This document shows, one piece after another, positions 58,525 to 64,000 of a stretch of 64,000 bases of DNA. The position numbers and the translations under genes are program-made. The DNA is from Holosporaceae bacterium (GTDB lineage Bacteria > Pseudomonadota > Alphaproteobacteria > UBA3830): NCBI GenBank assembly GCA_031274295.1, contig JAISQI010000040.1:1190-65189 (forward strand), in the 5' to 3' direction. Under the pieces are notes generated by a model. It searched no databases. It saw nothing but the letters and a program-made list of their open reading frames with translations, and was not told where the DNA came from. Each line of letters begins with the position of its first letter. The stretch's first letter is position 1.

Positions 58525-59460
58525 TTGGACACACTAGGAAAAAATGAAGCCAATGGCGACCATATCGACTATAATCTACAAACTATGGCAGTAAAAGAAA
58601 TAAAGGCTAAAACGGCTCTTCATTATCACAGTAAGGAATTTGCAACCAATTGGGATTTGAACATTTATCGTGGTTGCGGACATAGGTGTATCTACTGTTT
58701 TGCACAGTATTCGCATAAGTATCTGGATACGGAACAGTTTTTTGATGATATTTTTGTTAAAATAAATATTCCAGACGCGTTGAATGCAGATTTCACCAAA
58801 CGCTCCTGGAAAAATAATCTCGTCAATGTTTGCGGAGTAACCGATGGATATCAGCCAATTGAAGAACAGTATGCTCTTATGCCGAAAATTATTGAAGTTT
58901 TTATCAAATATAAAAACCCGATGATAATTACGACAAAATCAACTCTTTTGCTGCGCGATATAGATCTTCTTGAAAAGCTTAACAAAATCGCAAGCGTAAA
59001 TGTCCAGGTATCTGCTTCCAGTATTGATGAATCCATAGGAGGGAAAATAGAACCGTTTGCTCCTCCAACCGTCGATCGACTTAAGATGTTGGGTGAATTA
59101 GGTAAGCGTAGCATCAGTACGGGAGTATTAATGATGCCGATAATCCCTCATTTAACCGATAATATCGAAAATCTAGACGCCATATTCAGACTATCCAAAG
59201 AAAATGGAGCAAAATACATCTTTCCGCAGGTCTTACATCTCAGAGGAAATACGAAAAAGGTTTTTTTAAATTATATACATGATCTATTTCCGGGACTTAT
59301 GGAAAAAATAAAATCCGTTTACAATGGTAGTTACGCAAATAAAAATTACCTCGCTGCTTTTGGAGAAAAAATCAGACTGCTTCGAACAAAGTACAATTTT
59401 TATAACGAAATCCGCGAGAATAAGCCTCGAAGGGAAGACTCTCAATTAAAATTGCTGTAA
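58525..59460 (+). CDS. radical SAM protein, SplB/COG1533 (DNA photolyase-like) family
   Basis: NIYRGCGHRCIYCFAQY (CxxxCxxC) about 50 aa from the N-terminus, TIM-barrel sized. The likely start is ATG 58585. Confidence 0.75.
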   Translation: MDTLGKNEANGDHIDYNLQTMAVKEIKAKTALHYHSKEFATNWDLNIYRGCGHRCIYCFAQYSHKYLDTEQFFDDIFVKINIPDALNADFTKRSWKNNLVNVCGVTDGYQPIEEQYALMPKIIEVFIKYKNPMIITTKSTLLLRDIDLLEKLNKIASVNVQVSASSIDESIGGKIEPFAPPTVDRLKMLGELGKRSISTGVLMMPIIPHLTDNIENLDAIFRLSKENGAKYIFPQVLHLRGNTKKVFLNYIHDLFPGLMEKIKSVYNGSYANKNYLAAFGEKIRLLRTKYNFYNEIRENKPRREDSQLKLL

Positions 59461-59546
59461 AATAAAAATAAAATTGCATCGTTTTACAGATAATTTCATT
59501 TGCAGCACTGTTTTTTCTAGCATTACCCCTTGTTTGCTAGCCATTT

Positions 59547-60473
59547 GTGTGTTTTTATTCAATCATGAAGACATTAGCCGTTCTTATTCCATGCTATAAT
59601 GAGGCTGGCACCGTTGTAAATGTTATCAAGTCGTTTAAAAAGTGTCTGCCGACCGCCACTATTTACGTATACGACAATTGTTCAGAAGATAATACAGCCG
59701 AATTAGCAAGAAAAGCTGGAGCCATTGTTGTAACCGCTAGAATCAGAGGAAAGGGTAATGTCGTTCGAAAAATGTTCTCCGATGTGGATGCCGACATATA
59801 TATTATGGTTGATGGTGATTTAACTTACGCGGCAGAAGACGCTCCAACAATGATAGATGCTCTGATCACCGAAAAAGCCGATATGGTCGTTGCAGTTCGT
59901 AAAGAAAAATCTAAGGACGCTTACAGAGCGGGACATAAATTTGGAAACTTAGCGTTTAATTTCATACTGAAAATTTTATTCAAGAGTACATTCAGAGATA
60001 TTTTTTCAGGATATCGTGCTTTTTCCAAAAGATTTGTAAAAACATTTCCGGTCATGACTGATGGGTTTGATATAGAAGCAGAATTATCAATTCATGCGCT
60101 AACGTTGGCCATTCCATGTGTGGAAATTGATTCGGTATATTCGGAAAGACCAGCAAATTCTCATAGTAAATTAAATACATTAAAAGACGGAAGCAAAATA
60201 TTTATTAGCATAATAAAATTACTTAAGGAGACAAGACCATTATTTTTTTTCGGCATAATTTTTCTTGTGTTATTTTTTCTTTCCATTGAAATATCATACC
60301 CTCTAATATTAACATTTATGGAAACTGGATTGGTGCCTAGACTGCCGACCGCCGTTCTGTCGACGGGCATAATGATGCTCTCATTTATAAGCCTTATATG
60401 CGGAATCATCATGGATAGCATTAGTCAGGCTCGTATGGAAGTAAAAAAACTTCACTACTTACTGTTTAATTAA
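59547..60473 (+). CDS. GT2 polyprenyl-phosphate glycosyltransferase (GtrB/ArnC/DPM1-like) with two C-terminal TM helices
   Basis: LIPCYNEAGT, VYDNCSEDNT, VDGDLTY (DxD), then two hydrophobic helices at the C-terminus. The likely start is ATG 59565. Confidence 0.8.
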   Translation: MCFYSIMKTLAVLIPCYNEAGTVVNVIKSFKKCLPTATIYVYDNCSEDNTAELARKAGAIVVTARIRGKGNVVRKMFSDVDADIYIMVDGDLTYAAEDAPTMIDALITEKADMVVAVRKEKSKDAYRAGHKFGNLAFNFILKILFKSTFRDIFSGYRAFSKRFVKTFPVMTDGFDIEAELSIHALTLAIPCVEIDSVYSERPANSHSKLNTLKDGSKIFISIIKLLKETRPLFFFGIIFLVLFFLSIEISYPLILTFMETGLVPRLPTAVLSTGIMMLSFISLICGIIMDSISQARMEVKKLHYLLFN

Positions 60474-60601
60474 TTTTTATCAATTTTTATAAAAATACAT
60501 GTGTTTTCATTGCAACATGCTATAACAATGTGTCCATCAAATATTGTCCCTATAAGAAAAAGTTTATATATTGGGTTCATCATTAATTTAGGAGATTTAT
60601 A

Positions 60602-61231
60602 ATGAAGAAAGTGATATTAGCAGTAGTTTTGGGGAGTTTCGCTCTATCTGCAGGAGCTGAAGACGTAGTTGTCGCGGAGGAATCCGCCGATAGCGTTGTA
60701 GATCCGTTTGGTGGCTTATATTTCGGCCTAGGTATTGGGGGACAATTCTCTCAAAACAAGTCTGATCTTTTCGACAAACAAAATGTCAATCGTTTTCTTG
60801 GAACCGTAGTATTGGGCGCTGGAAAGGTTTTTAACAACAAGTTCTATGTCGGAGGTGAAGCTTTGGTTGATTTTGCAAAGTCGAAAACTCAGAAGATAAA
60901 AAGAAATGGGGTAGTAATTCCTAACGCTTCCATCAAAAATCGCGGGATTACTCCAGAGTTAGCGCTAAGGTTTGGTCTTGTTAAAGCAGATTGGTTGTTT
61001 TATTTGAAGCCAGCAATTGTGTTTCCAAAAGTAACAGGAAAAACAGGCAATATCGAAAAAAGCTCATCTAAAGTTACTTACTCGGTTGCTCTGGGACTCG
61101 AAAAATCTTTCTGCCGAAAGTTTTCGACTCGTTTAGAAGGAGAGTATGTGTTTAGAACCAAGGTAAGCGATGTGAAATATAACGAAGGTTTCAACATCCG
61201 TGCTTTGATCGCTTATAACGTTAAGTTCTAA
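60602..61231 (+). CDS. small beta-barrel outer-membrane protein (OmpA-barrel/Omp25-like)
   Basis: Signal peptide MKKVILAVVLGSFALSAGA, alternating amphipathic strands, terminal YNVKF. Confidence 0.7.
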   Translation: MKKVILAVVLGSFALSAGAEDVVVAEESADSVVDPFGGLYFGLGIGGQFSQNKSDLFDKQNVNRFLGTVVLGAGKVFNNKFYVGGEALVDFAKSKTQKIKRNGVVIPNASIKNRGITPELALRFGLVKADWLFYLKPAIVFPKVTGKTGNIEKSSSKVTYSVALGLEKSFCRKFSTRLEGEYVFRTKVSDVKYNEGFNIRALIAYNVKF

Positions 61232-61253
61232 TTCGGTTATCAATTATTTATTT

Positions 61254-61281
61254 AAAAAGGTCACTTCGGTGGCCTTTTTTT
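61254..61281. terminator. bidirectional intrinsic terminator between convergent OMP and MFS genes
   Basis: AAAAA-GGTCAC-TTCG-GTGGCC-TTTTTTT: 6-bp stem (one G:U), tetraloop, A-tract on one side and T-tract on the other. Confidence 0.7.
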
Positions 61282-61292
61282 ATATGGTAAAA

Positions 61293-62582
61293 TTATAGTT
61301 TAACTTTTTGTCTTTCCCTATTGCGGGTTCTAATAATTTTTCGTGTTGTGATGAGAACTAAAATTGTTGCAACGGTCATAAAAACACACGACATAATGGT
61401 TGTGATACTATTGTTAACCCTTGCTCCCATTGTTATGCACATGGACATAATAATATTTCTAAATATAACTACCGTTGACGCCCCGACACAAGTTGAATGC
61501 GGAGCTGTAGATTGTAGAGCTTTCAACACCGATACCGGAACAAGGAAAGCACTTCCGGAGCATTGCAAACACATTAATGCCAATAGGGCGCCGGGAGTCC
61601 ACGGTGATTTATGCATGATTAAGTATGTTAAATAGATACCAAAAATTCCATATATGCTGGTTCCAATTCTCCTAGAAATTGTAATTCCGAATTTATCCAC
61701 GGTAACCCTATAGGCGAAAGTTGCAATAACATAGAAAAATAATGGAATGGAAGAAAATAACGCTATGTCTGCGGAATTATTACCGAAAAACTTTGCACAA
61801 ATAAACGGAGAGCAGGTGGCAAATATCATATATCCCCCCGCAAATAATCCTGGTATTAGGGCATAAATTATAAATGAAGAATTTTTTAATATGCTCCCGT
61901 AATCGCAAAAGAGCCTGGACGCTGAACATACTTTTCCAGTTTGTGAATGTCTCTTGGATGGATAAATTAAGAAAAAAACAATGCCCCCTAATTGAGCAAC
62001 CAATAAAACAAGAAAAGAAAACCTCCAGTTACTTATTTCCGCAAGAATAGATCCCACAAATGGCGATAAAATCCAAGCAATTGGTTGATATAGCTCTAAA
62101 ATTCCCATCACACTGCTTTTTTCTTTTTCATTAAATGTTTCATCGATTACGCTTTGAGACACAACGTAGATTACGCTCGCACCAATCGCCTGAATAAACC
62201 TCATGATCATAAACACTCCCGCAGAACCGGAAATCATACATCCCAAATGTCCCAAAATTGATATAATCAGCGAAGGCAACACTATTACGCGATTCCCGTA
62301 TGCAGCTATGAACGGTCCGCATAGCATACGGCCAATAAATTCCCCAATTAAATGGGCGACAATGGTCATTTGCATGATGGCATTGGTTGTTCTCAAATCG
62401 ATGGCCATCTGCTTTAGACATGGAATGTAAATACTTACGGCAGCTGAAGTGATCACATTGAAAAACAACAAAAAGAAAGCTATTTTCCTGTTTGATATTT
62501 TCCCATTTTTTCCTAAAATAAAACTTCTAGCTGTCTCAACGACATTTCTCATATAAACCTTCTTAGAAACGTTAGTATACAC
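61293..62582 (-). CDS. MFS transporter (Bcr/CflA-like drug:H+ antiporter type)
   Basis: 429 aa, about 12 TM, GRMLCGPFIAAYGNR (motif A-like loop). Confidence 0.8.
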   Translation of the reverse strand: MYTNVSKKVYMRNVVETARSFILGKNGKISNRKIAFFLLFFNVITSAAVSIYIPCLKQMAIDLRTTNAIMQMTIVAHLIGEFIGRMLCGPFIAAYGNRVIVLPSLIISILGHLGCMISGSAGVFMIMRFIQAIGASVIYVVSQSVIDETFNEKEKSSVMGILELYQPIAWILSPFVGSILAEISNWRFSFLVLLVAQLGGIVFFLIYPSKRHSQTGKVCSASRLFCDYGSILKNSSFIIYALIPGLFAGGYMIFATCSPFICAKFFGNNSADIALFSSIPLFFYVIATFAYRVTVDKFGITISRRIGTSIYGIFGIYLTYLIMHKSPWTPGALLALMCLQCSGSAFLVPVSVLKALQSTAPHSTCVGASTVVIFRNIIMSMCITMGARVNNSITTIMSCVFMTVATILVLITTRKIIRTRNRERQKVKL

Positions 62583-62732
62583 TAAAAATAATAATTAGGT
62601 ACTAGCAAATCCTATGCTAATGGCCTTGGTCTTTAAACATGCATTTCGAAAATATTTTCTTCTGTCATTCTTTTTCCCAATTGATAATGCGCGTTTCATT
62701 TACTAAGATGTGGAAACCTATGAGGTGTCGTT

Positions 62733-63209
62733 GTGGATGATAGTTGTTGTATCTTTTGTGAAATAGTTGCCGGAAGAAGTCCCGTTCATAAAATTTGGGA
62801 GGATAACGAGCATCTGGCTTTTTTATCGATATATCCAAACACGTTAGGAGCTTCAGTTGTCATTCCTAAAAAGCACTTTCAGAGTTATGCCTTCGCTCTT
62901 CCCGAGGAAGAATTGTCCAAGTTAACTTTAAAATCTGCAATAGTTGGTAGACTTCTAGATGCTACATTTGATGACGTCGCCAGGACAGCCTTGATTTTTG
63001 AAGGATTTGGCATAAATCATGTGCATGCCAAGCTTTTTCCACTACATCATACAAATCAAGAAAATTGGGAGCCCATCCATACGGATTACAACAAATTTTT
63101 TACGAAATATGAAGGGTACGTCTCATCTCATGAATATCACGGAGAGATAGATGATCTTGCCAAACTAGCTCAAAGAATAAGGTCAACCGCTGAATCTATG
63201 AAATTATAG
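62733..63209 (+). CDS. HIT-family nucleotide hydrolase/transferase-like protein
   Basis: CIFCEIVAG, then histidine-triad region GINHVHAKLFP (third His position is Lys). GTG start. Confidence 0.7.
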   Translation: MDDSCCIFCEIVAGRSPVHKIWEDNEHLAFLSIYPNTLGASVVIPKKHFQSYAFALPEEELSKLTLKSAIVGRLLDATFDDVARTALIFEGFGINHVHAKLFPLHHTNQENWEPIHTDYNKFFTKYEGYVSSHEYHGEIDDLAKLAQRIRSTAESMKL

Positions 63210-63407
63210 CATAAATCGAGAGCAATTGATTCTTTCAACTCAATTTTTCCGCAAAATAACTCAACGCAGCTTTGTCATTCGAGGGTTATTTCCCCTTGCA
63301 ATTTGTAGAAAAATCTTTTATATGTCTGCCTCTAATTGTTTTTAATTTATTAACACTTGGCTAAGTAGTATATAATGTAGCAGTTTTTGTGACAGGAGTA
63401 GGAAGGT

Positions 63408-64000
63408 ATGTTTAGGAGTCTTTCGAATACAGTCAGGTTTTTAGCTATTTCTGAAGTAGGAAATGCAAACAGTGGACATCTTGGAATGCCTTTAGGAATG
63501 TCCGATTGTTTAACGGCTCTCTTCAAAAATTTTTTAGTATTTGATCCTGCAAATCCACAATGGCCCAATAGAGATAGGTTCGTTCTTTCGGGAGGACACG
63601 GTTCAGCTGCTCTTTATGCTCTGTTATATCTCACGGGATACGAAAAGATGACACTTGATGATCTGAAGACTTTTAGAAAACTAGGATCAAACGCCGCCGG
63701 ACATCCGGAGTATAATATTTCGTGTGGAATTGAAGCAACAACTGGATTATTAGGGCAAGGAATAGCAAATGCCGTTGGAATGGCTATAGAAGAAAGACTT
63801 CTTAATGCAAGATTGGGCGATGACTGTATTAATCATTATACGTACGTCAGTGTTGGGGACGGAGATCTTATGGAAGGAATTTCCCATGAAGCAAGTTCAA
63901 TAGCAGGTTATCTGTCCCTCGGACATCTTATTGTTTTATTTGATAATAATAACATTACCATAGACGGAGAAGTAAAGATCTCCTCCGGTGATGATGTTCT
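63408..64000 (+). CDS. tkt: transketolase, N-terminal part (runs off the right edge)
   Basis: Not in the ORF track because no stop is reached. ATG 63408 gives ...NSGHLGMPLGM, GGHGSAALYALLYLTGY, GHPE, TTGLLGQGIANAVGMA, VGDGDLMEGISHEA, FDNNNITIDG. Confidence 0.9.
   Translation, partial: MFRSLSNTVRFLAISEVGNANSGHLGMPLGMSDCLTALFKNFLVFDPANPQWPNRDRFVLSGGHGSAALYALLYLTGYEKMTLDDLKTFRKLGSNAAGHPEYNISCGIEATTGLLGQGIANAVGMAIEERLLNARLGDDCINHYTYVSVGDGDLMEGISHEASSIAGYLSLGHLIVLFDNNNITIDGEVKISSGDDV

Noticed and set aside
1-64000. Looked for CRISPR arrays, rRNA genes, integrases/recombinases, toxin-antitoxin pairs and known defence-system signatures (nucleases, SIR2/TIR, large ATPases in odd operons).
   Set aside because: No regularly spaced direct repeats and no such gene families were seen. 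The only repeats are the in-gene trinucleotide and 45-bp repeats at 20630-20950. The only mobile-element trace is the InsA stump.

Overview
AT-rich chromosomal segment with alphaproteobacterial hallmarks: rpsP-rimM-trmD, an F0 operon atpB-atpE-b'-b with two b-type subunits, parA and parB, gltX-cysS, and clpX-lon. It looks like a reduced, host-associated genome (Rickettsiales/Holosporales-like). Housekeeping genes are densely packed and many start/stop codons overlap. There are four tRNAs (Ala-GGC, Met-CAU, Arg-CCU, Arg-CCG) and one truncated IS1-type InsA remnant. I found no rRNA, CRISPR array, intact IS or prophage.

The main non-core content is an ~8 kb wedge between alaS and rne (14160-22186). 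It holds an anaerobe-type PorA/PorB 2-oxoacid:ferredoxin oxidoreductase operon. The third gene of that operon fuses a GltD-like NAD(P)H/FAD module to a 2x[4Fe-4S] delta-type ferredoxin, and the fourth is an Isf-like flavoprotein. No gamma subunit is present. Two orphan secreted proteins flank the operon; one is a 666-aa hyper-acidic repeat protein.

Other points of interest:
- A hybrid sensor kinase whose H-box sits in a different frame from both flanks (pseudogene).
- A full-length CapD/WbpM-like ORF that seems to have lost its cofactor and catalytic motifs.
- parA and parB separated by ~12 kb.
- An unassigned ~330-nt block near the left edge that looks like structured RNA.
- A small envelope gene cluster (radical SAM, GtrB-like GT2, beta-barrel OMP).

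All calls rest on reading the translations and sequence by eye. No database search was run.
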